Below are positions 44,116 to 53,502 of a stretch of DNA of 64,000 nt, piece after piece; positions within the stretch are counted from its first letter, which is position 1; every line of letters begins with the position of its first letter. Made by a program: the position numbers and the translations under genes. The stretch lies in NCBI GenBank assembly GCA_000002445.1, contig CM000208.1, positions 3,648,001 to 3,712,000 of the forward strand. The letters are read 5' to 3'. The notes beneath the pieces were generated by a model. It did no database searches. It was given only the letters and a program-made list of their open reading frames with translations, and was not told the origin of the DNA. The stretch is from Trypanosoma brucei (taxonomy: Eukaryota).

Positions 44116-46500
44116 ATGGCGCTCTCGCTTGTAGTTGGGTTAGCCAGCGATGCGCTGGAGGGCAGACATAACCATGAGAAACGTTTCGAGGCGTTGCGCG
44201 CACAACTCGGTGGAAGCTCCAGTTGGCGTCAGCAGCAATGTGTCGAAGGTGTTTGTGGTACATTTACTCTGGATGTCCCAATTACTGAAGCGGATGTGGA
44301 CCGGTGGGGAACTCTTCTCAGCGAAAGCGCCCCGCCGCCGGCTCCCCCGAATGCCGCTTTTGCTGGAGGTGGTTTTGTTGACGTTGCAGCATTGTTGGCG
44401 ATGGATAATGAGGGAGACCAGCAGCAGGCGGTGCATAAGCTCGCCCCAATGAAGATGTTTGATCCCAACCAGGTGATTAGACCGGCTATGACAAAAGTGC
44501 TTATGCACCGTCGCAAGTGGCTTCCGTACCGGCAGCGCTTGACCGTTTATCAGTGCCGTACCTCAATCATTGATGCGGTTCTCCGAAACTCAGTAGTGCT
44601 CCTTACCGCCCCACCGGGGAGCGGATGTACCCTACAGCTCCCGCAGATCATATGGGAAACAGAGGTGTTTAAGACAAAGCGCCTCATTATTGTTTGTCCC
44701 ACAACTCTCACGGTTCAACGGACCGTGCAACGGCTGCGAGAGGAACGTGGCGAAGAAGCAACGACGACGACAGTGGGTGAGTGCACTCCAATGTGCTATG
44801 GGGTAACCCCGGGTACGCAGATTGTCGTTACGACTCCGGAAATGTTTGTGCGACAGTTGCTATGTGACCCAATACTCCTTCATGTTGGTTGCGTTATATT
44901 TAATGACATTCACATACGTTCTCCAATAACGGAGTTTTCCCTCTCACTTCTTCGTAGCATGTTGCGGACGCGGGACGAGTGTGGCGTGGGACGACTTGGT
45001 AGTGCGCCGCGTGTTGTGGTTTGCTGTCCTGACGACGCGGTTTCTAATACCATTGCAGAGTACTTTGGAGCTGACCACAGTATGCAGCTGAACCTCCAAC
45101 AGGTGCTTCAACGGGATGTCAAGACGGGGGCAGCCGATGCACTGCGAAGCAGCGGCTCGTACGCATCACCGGTTGTACTCTACCTTGAAGAAACTATGCA
45201 GTGGCTCACAAAGTGCGAGGAGGAGGGAAGCTTTTTGTGTCGTGACCCTGGAGAGGAACTCCGGTGCTATGTGGAAAACATTGGAGTTGTTGCAAAAATA
45301 ATGGCCATGGAAAATGCGGATTTCATGTCAGATGAAAAATTTCGCTCCCACTGGTGCCCTCTCATAGTAAACGCAATTCAGCAACATAGTTTAGCGGAGC
45401 GTAAGGAGCGTGCGACCTTGCTAGCGGAAAATAAGGAAGGGAAGCATCAAGAACTTCGGCAGGGTCACACGGTAGTGGTTGTTGTCGCACCCAACCCTCA
45501 AGTAGTGGCAACTATTGCCCATGCATTGCGCCAGGTGAATGACCAACAGAGGGAGGGGAAAGAAATGGCTCCTTCCATTACTGTTGAAGTATTGCGGGAA
45601 TGCACCACCTCTGATGAATTGCGTCTTCTTTTACGAGAAGGCGGTACGGCAGTGGAGGGCGGTGATCGTTTAGTGTTAGTGGCCACTCCTATTGTGGCAC
45701 AAACTGCGCTTCCACCGTCACTGTCAGTGGGCCTCGTGATTGACTGTGCCCGCCGCTCTTGTGCCACATATAACCCAAATGTTGACACTGATGTATTTTC
45801 CACTTCGTATAGTTACATACAGGAATTGCGGCAACGACGTTCAATTGCCCGTGTGTGTGTGGATAATTCAGGCAAGAAGGAGGAGGAGAGTGGCGTCCCA
45901 GCCCCCATGGTACTGCAGCTAATACCGAAATCTATCCTACACAGCGCCCAACACCGACGTGTGAGCTCTGATCCTGCACACCATTCCATTTTCCACTTAC
46001 CTTGGGTGGATTATGTGCATATATATCACCTGCTGCAAGCCCATGAAGAGGCCTTGTGTTGCCGTGGTCCGTCATCAGCATCCGCCATAGGCAGTTCTCA
46101 CACTGGAAATCTATTGTCACGGAATGTACCCCAACTCGTGTCATCTGCCTTTATCGGTGTTGCTTCACTATCCGCTAGCCGTTATGAGCATCTTAAACGT
46201 ATCTTCATTGCTGTAGAAAATCATTTGGTTCGCCTAGGACACTTGCAGAGACCAAGTGAGGAGCAGTTTGTACCTCGACTTCTGCCACTGGGCGTGGTCA
46301 CGACGTGCTTCGCCCTCCCTATTCCGGTGCTTCGGCTGTTGGTGTGGTCGCGATTGTATGGATGTGTTGTTCCCGCGAGCGTCGTAGCGGCGATTTGGAT
46401 GCTGGGTGATATTTTTTGCACTGTTCAGCACGATGATGAAGCTGCTGAACTTATGCGAGAGTCACGTGTATTTTTTCACATGGCTCCGGGAGCGATGTAG
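44116..46500 (+). CDS. DEAH/RHA-family helicase-like protein with degenerate catalytic motifs (probable pseudohelicase)
   Basis: Collinear matches to DEAH-box motifs, each with catalytic residues replaced. Motif I is APPGSGCTLQLPQ (GETGSGKTTQxPQ, K->C). Motif Ia is CPTTLTVQRTVQRL (CTQPRRVAAmSVAkRV). Motif Ib is TPEMFVRQ (TDGMLLRE). Motif II is DPILLHVGCVIFNDIHIRSP (DPLLskYSvIilDEAHERtl). Motif III is CCPDDAVSNTIAEYF (MSATLDAEKFSeYF). The stop at 46498-46500 directly abuts the next ORF. Confidence 0.75.
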   Translation: MALSLVVGLASDALEGRHNHEKRFEALRAQLGGSSSWRQQQCVEGVCGTFTLDVPITEADVDRWGTLLSESAPPPAPPNAAFAGGGFVDVAALLAMDNEGDQQQAVHKLAPMKMFDPNQVIRPAMTKVLMHRRKWLPYRQRLTVYQCRTSIIDAVLRNSVVLLTAPPGSGCTLQLPQIIWETEVFKTKRLIIVCPTTLTVQRTVQRLREERGEEATTTTVGECTPMCYGVTPGTQIVVTTPEMFVRQLLCDPILLHVGCVIFNDIHIRSPITEFSLSLLRSMLRTRDECGVGRLGSAPRVVVCCPDDAVSNTIAEYFGADHSMQLNLQQVLQRDVKTGAADALRSSGSYASPVVLYLEETMQWLTKCEEEGSFLCRDPGEELRCYVENIGVVAKIMAMENADFMSDEKFRSHWCPLIVNAIQQHSLAERKERATLLAENKEGKHQELRQGHTVVVVVAPNPQVVATIAHALRQVNDQQREGKEMAPSITVEVLRECTTSDELRLLLREGGTAVEGGDRLVLVATPIVAQTALPPSLSVGLVIDCARRSCATYNPNVDTDVFSTSYSYIQELRQRRSIARVCVDNSGKKEEESGVPAPMVLQLIPKSILHSAQHRRVSSDPAHHSIFHLPWVDYVHIYHLLQAHEEALCCRGPSSASAIGSSHTGNLLSRNVPQLVSSAFIGVASLSASRYEHLKRIFIAVENHLVRLGHLQRPSEEQFVPRLLPLGVVTTCFALPIPVLRLLVWSRLYGCVVPASVVAAIWMLGDIFCTVQHDDEAAELMRESRVFFHMAPGAM

Positions 46501-49424
46501 TGAGTGCGTTTCATGCTTATCGTATGTGGCTTTCCCTACGTGGTACCGCGGGGGAGTCCGGGGATGCCTTCGGGAGTGAGAGTTTTGTTTCGAGTGAAAC
46601 ACTAATCAAGGTGGAAAAGCAACAACTGATGTTATTACATGTGCTTGAGGTAACTGGGGTCATTGCACCTCTCGTATCCCAAGAAATTCGCTTAACTGAG
46701 AGTGGCAAGAGTTCCCCCGCTTCAGTAGGGAAATCACAGGGCGACATTTTCGATACTTTAGCTTCCACTATTCTTGCGATGCCAGAGGCGGCGTTGCTGG
46801 AGGGCAATGGTCTACTTCAGTGCGTAACTGCAGCGCTCTATCCTCAGTATGCCACACCTCTCGATGATGGATCTGCTTTGGCGTTGCGTTTTGTGGAAGG
46901 CGCCGCAAAACCTTCAACCAATGATGGAAACGATGGGTCTGAAGGGGATGCTCAACATGCGGTACCACAACTTGCATTCTTCTCCGAGCTATCCGTGATG
47001 AGCGTGGAGGAGGTATACAAGAGCCACGCGGGAAAGCCGTTTCTATATCTTCATCGTGATGGTGAGCCTGAGGGGAGGATCGCATTGTTGAAAGGAGCTA
47101 CACCCCTATGCATGGACGCGGCGGTTGTTTCATGCGGTGAGCGGTCGGACCATCCGAAGCAACAGGCATCACGGTGCCGGGGGTGGACGTCTGTTATAAC
47201 AAACGCGTGGCGGTTAACGAAATGTGCGCGACGGCTCCCACCCGCAGCGCAGTTACCGCCCGTATCCATACCGTTTAAGTTGTATGACACCATTCAAGCC
47301 CCTCAGGTTATCGTCCAGCTTGACGGAGTGATGTCGCTGTCCATGAGGGCCACAACTGCCAAATGGTTACACCAACTTCGGGAGCATACAAGTTGTAGAC
47401 TACGCGCTCTCGTTGCAGATAAAACATGGCCTGCAGTCCAACAAGAACTCTCCGGTCTTCATGAGGCATGGGAATGGTGGTCAAGACGTGTAGCCAACTC
47501 GCAGGCATGGCTACGAGAGGAGCGGGCTTCCCGTCCTGCCTCTAATGCGAGTTCGGCAGGACATTTAGCTCAGGATAATGATTTAAGAGAGTTATTGTGT
47601 CCATACTATCAGTATAGCTCGAATCCAGGTCGACCTCCAATGGTCGTTCCTCCTAAAAGGCGGCAGGGTGCTGGCGCACCCCTGAATGCATCTTGTTCGA
47701 CCACCGCCGTAGCAGGGACAGATCAACCAACAGCATACAATGGGAAAATGCCCGATCCCGTCATGAGCAATAACATTCAACATTCAGCGAAGAGTATTGC
47801 CAAGGCTCGAAGTCGTGAACAGGAAGCCAAATTCCTGAAGATGTACCCTGACTTGTTTGCCTTCCTCGACCCGGAACATGAGTTCCATGGTTATTACTTA
47901 CATGTGCTACGTCGCGAAGCCCCCGACCTGGAGGTTCTTGGTGATAACTTAGAGGAGCTTGAGAAATTCCTTCAGGATCTTGAAGAGGAGGTTAGGGAAG
48001 AGGTTGGTGCACAGAGTGCTATGGCAACATACGATGGGCGGAACGGTGACCAGTCGTGTTTTGCTGGTGATTATCAAGCGGAGGCTCCCAGAACAGATGC
48101 CTCTTACCAGTTCCAGGAGGTGAATGCTGACGAGTACATGGCCTCCTACGGAATGCAAGTGGAGAGTTCGGTGGAACATGCAACACGTCCACCGGCGTTG
48201 TTCAGAACACAAGATGTGACTCAACCATCTTCTTCCTCTTTGGATAAAGCGGAGAGTGTCCCGGCCGCAGCCTCTTTTTTTACGCAAGGTCCAGCAGTGG
48301 AGAACTCCACATGTGGTATTTTAGGTGATGGCTTCGTGGAGGAGCCTGTAGCGGGCTTGGCCCCACCTGTCGATAACGGTCCGTCATCCGAGAACTTCGC
48401 GTTTACGTCAGGACAGACAACATCGTCGACTTCGATGGCGGGAGCCAAAACAGAAGCAACGGCGTACGGGTTTACCGGGGTCGGTGCGTCAGGCGACGGT
48501 GCTGTTGGGCGTGCACCAACTTTGATGGAGCAGCTGTTGGCGATGAAGGCTGGCGGTGCCTTGGGCCCGGTGCAGCCTGCAGTTTCTGTTCCTCAGGACG
48601 CGATTCCCCAAGACATGGCACCTTCTGCGTCTGCCCAAATCCCTGGTTCTTGGCTTGGAGGTACCGTTGCACCGCCTGTCATCAACTCAGGTTTTGAACT
48701 GCCTTCTTCTTCTGCCATGACCGCCACGTCTTCTTCTCAGACGGCTGCCGCGAACGCTTCCCTCACGAGGGACCTTCTCGAGGTTATGGGAGTCATTCCA
48801 CCTCCACCCCCAGTTAATCCGCTAACAATTGCCCCACCGCCACTTCCTGCGGAAGCCCTTGCAAACCGTCCCCCTTCCGTGTTGGTGTATCCTCTGCCAC
48901 CGCGCGAATACGGAAACATTCCGCTTATTCTTGCCAAGGCAATGGGTGAAACAATGGGAATTAAAGTAGGACCAACACGTCTCGTGGGAAATGTTGGTCG
49001 TATCGATGTTCCGAACCACAAAGTAGAGGCGCGTGCATTGGCACTTAAGTCCTTCACATGCGTGGGCAAAAAGGTGTACATCTTCAAGAATGACCGCATT
49101 GTGGATGGGCCGCGGAATGCAGTGGTTAATAATGCTCCCATTCAACAGCGCAACTCCCGCTTAAATGCCCCACGAGATCTAGTTGGTGAGGGAAATATGT
49201 ATGAACAACCTGATGGTGCCGAGAATGAGGGCTTCGCGCAGTCGCTGAGGAAACTTGTTGAAGACGGCCGGCCCCCACCGATGGCTCATGTACCGGAGAA
49301 TCATTTTGCGGCGAACGCAAGGGCCTCAGCAAAGAAGTCAATCAATCCACAACTAATTGGAGTGTTGTTGGATTCAGATGACGACGGAGATGAGGAATCG
49401 TCAGAAAGATCTGCATCAGTGTAG
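46500..49424 (+). CDS. SURP-module-containing proline-rich protein; probably the C-terminal continuation of the 44116-46500 gene across a frameshift
   Basis: This frame is open from 46449. The ORF tracker starts at a GTG at 46500, and the first ATG is at 46524. A SURP/SWAP module is present: NIQHSAKSIAKARSREQEAKFLKMYPDLFAFLDPEHEFHGYYLHVLRRE (consensus I..TA.FVA..G..FE......NpkFsFL.p.dpyHaYY.hKl). Pro-rich segments follow (PPPPPVNPLTIAPPPLP). Leaving 0-24 nt to the upstream stop codon is incompatible with separate trans-spliced genes. Confidence 0.6.
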   Translation: MSAFHAYRMWLSLRGTAGESGDAFGSESFVSSETLIKVEKQQLMLLHVLEVTGVIAPLVSQEIRLTESGKSSPASVGKSQGDIFDTLASTILAMPEAALLEGNGLLQCVTAALYPQYATPLDDGSALALRFVEGAAKPSTNDGNDGSEGDAQHAVPQLAFFSELSVMSVEEVYKSHAGKPFLYLHRDGEPEGRIALLKGATPLCMDAAVVSCGERSDHPKQQASRCRGWTSVITNAWRLTKCARRLPPAAQLPPVSIPFKLYDTIQAPQVIVQLDGVMSLSMRATTAKWLHQLREHTSCRLRALVADKTWPAVQQELSGLHEAWEWWSRRVANSQAWLREERASRPASNASSAGHLAQDNDLRELLCPYYQYSSNPGRPPMVVPPKRRQGAGAPLNASCSTTAVAGTDQPTAYNGKMPDPVMSNNIQHSAKSIAKARSREQEAKFLKMYPDLFAFLDPEHEFHGYYLHVLRREAPDLEVLGDNLEELEKFLQDLEEEVREEVGAQSAMATYDGRNGDQSCFAGDYQAEAPRTDASYQFQEVNADEYMASYGMQVESSVEHATRPPALFRTQDVTQPSSSSLDKAESVPAAASFFTQGPAVENSTCGILGDGFVEEPVAGLAPPVDNGPSSENFAFTSGQTTSSTSMAGAKTEATAYGFTGVGASGDGAVGRAPTLMEQLLAMKAGGALGPVQPAVSVPQDAIPQDMAPSASAQIPGSWLGGTVAPPVINSGFELPSSSAMTATSSSQTAAANASLTRDLLEVMGVIPPPPPVNPLTIAPPPLPAEALANRPPSVLVYPLPPREYGNIPLILAKAMGETMGIKVGPTRLVGNVGRIDVPNHKVEARALALKSFTCVGKKVYIFKNDRIVDGPRNAVVNNAPIQQRNSRLNAPRDLVGEGNMYEQPDGAENEGFAQSLRKLVEDGRPPPMAHVPENHFAANARASAKKSINPQLIGVLLDSDDDGDEESSERSASV

Positions 49425-50329
49425 GAGTCGCCGTGAAGGGGATGGACTAAATTGCGAAAGTGGAGGTGGAATAGCAGATGTGATCAACGCACCCAATGCG
49501 GGTTGCAAAAAAAAAAAAAAGAAAAAAAACTGGAAAGCGAGGTGCCCAAAAAAAAATAATGTGAAGCATACCGTTTTAAACACAGGTAATCTATGCTGAC
49601 CTGATACTTGTTCTTGTTGCTAAAAATCGTTCATTCCGTATATCGGTGATACAGTTTAGGTTTCTGCTACCGAGCAGGCATTCTCTGGGGGTGCAAGTTG
49701 TTTTCATTATTGGCGAACACTCTCGACAACTTTTGTAACTGAGCTGAACCTGCTCATTACCGCCCGGAGGGGGGGGCGGTGGGTGTATGATATCAAGAGG
49801 AAGAGGCAACAACAAAAATTTTTTTATGTTGAGGTTGAAGTCGAAGTGAACATGGAGGAGGCTTTCTTTCCTTTGGAAAGACCTCGTGGATGGATGAGAC
49901 ACCTTAAGTTACCTTGTTTGTTTTTGATGCTGTGCATTTCCGTGTTTTCATTTGTGCATATAAGATGTTGCATCCGCTTAAAAAAAACAACAACAACAAA
50001 AACATCACCTGTGTGACTGCGTCGAGTGTGAGGAAGAGGGACTGACACGTAGGCTGCCTTTGTTGTTTCCTGTTTTCCTCCTCTTTTTCTGTTTACTTTG
50101 TTGTCTCAATGCAACTTCCTGCTGTGTTTGGCACCTCTTCTTTACTTTCCCCGAGAAGCTAATGAACCTAACTTGTGTAGGAAACGCGCGCTCAACACCG
50201 ATGGCAACGTTCATAACAATAATAACAACACTTGTATTAAGGCTACGAGCTGCGGTAGAAGGATAGTTACGGAATTCCATATAATTATTATTGTCATTGT
50301 TATCACTGATTTGTGGAGCTCTATCGGGT

Positions 50330-50440
50330 GTTCTTTCTACCTGATGCTTCAACCCTAACCCCTGCGTTTCCTTCAATTTTCTGTCTTTATACTTTCTGAT
50401 GTCTCTATTTTTATTTTTATTTTTAAATGGCGTTGACTCA
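50330..50440 (+). promoter_or_regulatory. Pyrimidine-rich region upstream of RNA polymerase subunit gene
   Basis: ctttctacctgatgcttcaaccctaacccctgcgtttccttcaattttctgtctttatactttctgatgtctctatttttatttttattttt is on the coding strand ~280 nt 5' of the ATG. Confidence 0.35.
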
Positions 50441-50717
50441 TACAGCATTAATCTTTGTCGTCGCCTAACGTAATACAGTAAGTTTCCAAGTAGGTGAGGC
50501 TTCGTTTTCGTCGCCTAGTCGCACTTTAAAGAAACAAAGGATCACACCCAGAGGGGAGGGGGAGGAAGAGAAGGAAGCTCAGAAAGCCTTAAACAGGTCG
50601 AACACAGAAAGCAGAAAAGTTACGACGACGTAATTGACCCCTAGGGTGCGACAAACCAGTTTGCCGCGCGTTTTTCCATTGTTTCTACCGCGTGAAGGCG
50701 TGATCCTGCTTTAGGTT

Positions 50718-51743
50718 TTGCCTGTAGATATGGTCAAAGTGTACAATTTGCAACGTAGGACGGAAACCTTACCGACGGTGCGTCGCACTGCTCCTAATGC
50801 GGAGGAATTGGAATATCAGAGTCACTTGTCGCGCCCCGCTGGTGCCGGTGACGGTGAGCCAACTCGTCGAGTTGAGACCATCACATTTGACATGGATAAC
50901 GTAAGTCCGCCTGTGGCCAACATGTTCCGCCGGCTTATGCTTACTGAGGTGCCAGTTTTCGCTTTCGACCGAATATTGATCGAACATAATGACGGTGTTG
51001 TCCCGGATGAGCTTCTTGCGCACCGCATTGGCCTTGTTCCACTTGCTGGACCCGTTTCAAGCATGCAGTACATAACCGATAGTGCCTCCGTTGGATTTGA
51101 CAACCTTGACCCGGAGCGCGTTTTGCTATTCGAGTTGGATGTGACCGCAAAACGTGACGTGCCGACGACCAGTGTATACAGTGGCCATCTCAAGTGGCAG
51201 CCCATTGCTAAACAGGAGGAACTGGCTGCGAGGAGCGAGGATGATCGCGTGTTTTTAGTGCATCCAGACATTGTTCTGACACGGCTGGGGCCTGGGCAGC
51301 GCTTAAAGTTGCGTGCCATTGCCATTAAAGGAATTGGTGCTGTGCACGCAAAGTGGACGCCTGTGGCCGCTTGTTTCTATGAAATGAAACAAGCCAAAGC
51401 GGGAGCGGAAGACTCTGACGGTAGAGCTTCTGGTCGCGGAAGGAGTCGTTCGGGAAGAGGTCGAGTAGACGCCAACGAGGAGGAGAGCAATGCAACACGT
51501 CCCCGCTCAGCATCCGGTAATCATTCTCACGAACCGCACAGAGAAACTGTTAACGAAGTTATTGCTAAAAGGGACACATCCTCCGTACGCTTTACCGTTG
51601 AAAGTATCGGACAGTTGTATGCCGTCGATGTGTTTCGGCAGGCTCTTATATTGTTTGCCGAACGAATTCGCGATTTGGCGGTTCGAATCCGCTCTACAGA
51701 ACCGAGAATGACTGGCGCAGCAGCCACTGCGTTTACGGAATAG
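50718..51743 (+). CDS. DNA-directed RNA polymerase alpha-like subunit (RPAC1/AC40-like; RPB3/RpoA family) with an RG-rich insertion
   Basis: N-terminal domain FDMDNVSPPVANMFRRLMLTEVPVFAFDRILIEHNDGVVPDELLAHRIGLVPL matches the RPB3/AC40 dimerisation domain (ANalRRilisEVPt.Aid.V.i..NTSv..DEflAHRLGLiPl). There is no CxCxxCxxC zinc loop, which favours AC40 over RPB3. The C-terminal helix (VDVFRQALILFAERIRDL) is typical of alpha-like subunits. The insertion reads GRASGRGRSRSGRGRVD. Confidence 0.65.
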   Translation: MPVDMVKVYNLQRRTETLPTVRRTAPNAEELEYQSHLSRPAGAGDGEPTRRVETITFDMDNVSPPVANMFRRLMLTEVPVFAFDRILIEHNDGVVPDELLAHRIGLVPLAGPVSSMQYITDSASVGFDNLDPERVLLFELDVTAKRDVPTTSVYSGHLKWQPIAKQEELAARSEDDRVFLVHPDIVLTRLGPGQRLKLRAIAIKGIGAVHAKWTPVAACFYEMKQAKAGAEDSDGRASGRGRSRSGRGRVDANEEESNATRPRSASGNHSHEPHRETVNEVIAKRDTSSVRFTVESIGQLYAVDVFRQALILFAERIRDLAVRIRSTEPRMTGAAATAFTE

Positions 51744-52200
51744 TAAATGATGTGGATGAGCAACGCCTTTAGTTGGAGAACGAACCGAGAGAGGCACAAA
51801 GCAAGGTTCCTGTGGAACCTCTGCTTTCCTTGGATGGATAAATGATGCTGGGGGATTAACGTGACGTATATGTTTGGGAGGCAAATAAATGCGAAGGGAG
51901 TTGGTGGCACTACACGTTTGTAAGCCGTAGAGGCTTCTCTTCCCCGTTTCTCGCCTGCACTCTCCCTTGGTATTTGGAGGAAGTTGCGTGGCGAAAAAAT
52001 TTGGTGTGTGTGTGTGTGTGTGTCCTTGTTCGTAATAAAGCATAATTAAAAGTTTATTTCGACGTAAATTGTTAAACGAAAACTGTATGATAGTCTTTGA
52101 ACTTGCCAGGACGAGAGCAGCTACGTATGTGCCATCGTCGAGAGGTTGCAGTATGAGATGTACTCTTAATTCAATCACATAGCTCTCAAAATATTGTTCA

Positions 52201-52370
52201 TTCTATTATTACTATTTTTTTTTTCTTTTGGGTTTCCACATTGTTGGACTCCTTGCACATATACTATCGGTCCCGTGTCACCGCTATTGTTGCGTGTGTA
52301 CGTCTCATCTGCTACCCATTTTTCGGCCAGTCCCCCTGGTCTTTAACGCACCGCTAGTGGCGGAAGGAAC
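52201..52370 (+). promoter_or_regulatory. Extended pyrimidine-rich region upstream of UTP11
   Basis: ttctattattactattttttttttcttttgggtttccacattgttggactccttg... continues pyrimidine-rich to ~52370, 90-260 nt 5' of the ATG at 52462. Confidence 0.35.
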
Positions 52371-52461
52371 CGAGGCGATATTCTGCAGTAAACTGGCCAG
52401 CCTAGGACAAGGCTCAAGAGAACAAGTAAAAGTTCAGGAAATTCATTAGGTTACGAAAGCA

Positions 52462-53502
52462 ATGACAAAGGGCAAGGGCCGTAATCCCGGTATGGGAAAT
52501 CTGGACAAGCACGTCAAACGCAAGGTGCACAAGGAACGATCGCAACCTGCAGCTCGGAAGCACCTTGGCCCACTTGAGAAACACAAGGATCATGTGGTGC
52601 GCTCGCGTAGGCGAAAGGCGAAGGTGCAGCGGCTACTTGAGCTGAAGCGGGCTGCGGCGCAACGTAATCCTGACGAGTTCCACATTAATATGACCAAAAC
52701 TGTTTTGGATGTCGAATCGGGTAAAATGAGGCGTCGACGCCTGTCAAAGGAAGATAACCGTAAGAAGATGGAGAAGACTTTGCGGCACAACACTCGCAAC
52801 TTGCATTACCTCAAGTATAAAGCGCATGCAGACTGGAGCCGCGCAAAGGAGCTGATTGAAGAGGATGCATTGGGGGCACTTACGGCAGCACCGCCTAAGA
52901 ATAAACACATAATCTTTGCAGAAGACGAAGACGAGTACCATCACTTCAATCCTCTCAAGCAACTTGACGCGACACCGGAGATGCTCAAGCAGCATCCCGC
53001 CGTGCGCGGGAGACTCTCAGTTCTACGTGAAACTGTGTTACCTGAAGAAATACTCTTGTCGGGATATCGAATGCTGTCGACAGCGCAGAAGCGGAAGGAA
53101 CGTCGTGAGATACAGAGGAAATTACAAAAAAGTGGTCTCAAAAGTGAAGAAGAACGAGCGGAGTTCGTGAAGCGACTCCATGCAAAGAAAGAGGTGAAAA
53201 TGCACCGGTTTTCTTCCCTTGTAGCAAACGCACTTGAATCTACAGACGCTGAGGCTGAGGGCGAAGATGCTGATGATCCCTGCGACGTGGATCGCCTCCT
53301 CGAGTACAAAAAGATTAAAGAGAAGGAGGAAGCCCTATTAGCAGCAAGCCGCGTTAAGGAGATTCAGCAACGCGTGCACCGCAGTAAAAAGCTTGATACC
53401 CTGGCAAGGGCGATTAAGAAGCAGAACGATGGTATTCGGTGCTCGTTAGAAAATAAGCGCAACGCCCGGTTTAAGCCAAATTCTAAGCGACGCGCTCGTT
53501 AA
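52462..53502 (+). CDS. UTP11: U3 snoRNP / SSU-processome protein UTP11
   Basis: The N-terminus HKERSQPAARKHLGPLEKHKDHVVRSRRRKAKVQRLLELKRAAAQRNPDEFHINM matches the UTP11 family signature (hrERaQP..R..lGlLEKkKDY..RA.d...K...lk.L...A..rNPDEFyf.M). A basic/coiled C-terminal half is typical of UTP11. Confidence 0.8.
   Translation: MTKGKGRNPGMGNLDKHVKRKVHKERSQPAARKHLGPLEKHKDHVVRSRRRKAKVQRLLELKRAAAQRNPDEFHINMTKTVLDVESGKMRRRRLSKEDNRKKMEKTLRHNTRNLHYLKYKAHADWSRAKELIEEDALGALTAAPPKNKHIIFAEDEDEYHHFNPLKQLDATPEMLKQHPAVRGRLSVLRETVLPEEILLSGYRMLSTAQKRKERREIQRKLQKSGLKSEEERAEFVKRLHAKKEVKMHRFSSLVANALESTDAEAEGEDADDPCDVDRLLEYKKIKEKEEALLAASRVKEIQQRVHRSKKLDTLARAIKKQNDGIRCSLENKRNARFKPNSKRRAR

Noticed and set aside
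51680-51710. tRNA-like T-arm sequence GGCGGTTCGAATCCGCTC
   Set aside because: It lies inside the conserved C-terminal helix of the RNA polymerase alpha-like CDS (…LAVRIRSTEP…). No acceptor, D or anticodon arms can be built from the upstream 50 nt. This is coincidental similarity.
51507-52178. 223-aa minus-strand ORF
   Set aside because: It overlaps the 3' end of the + strand polymerase-subunit CDS and runs through a (CA)n microsatellite (HTHTHT translation). It has no homology features and an antisense frame in a unidirectional array, so it is spurious.
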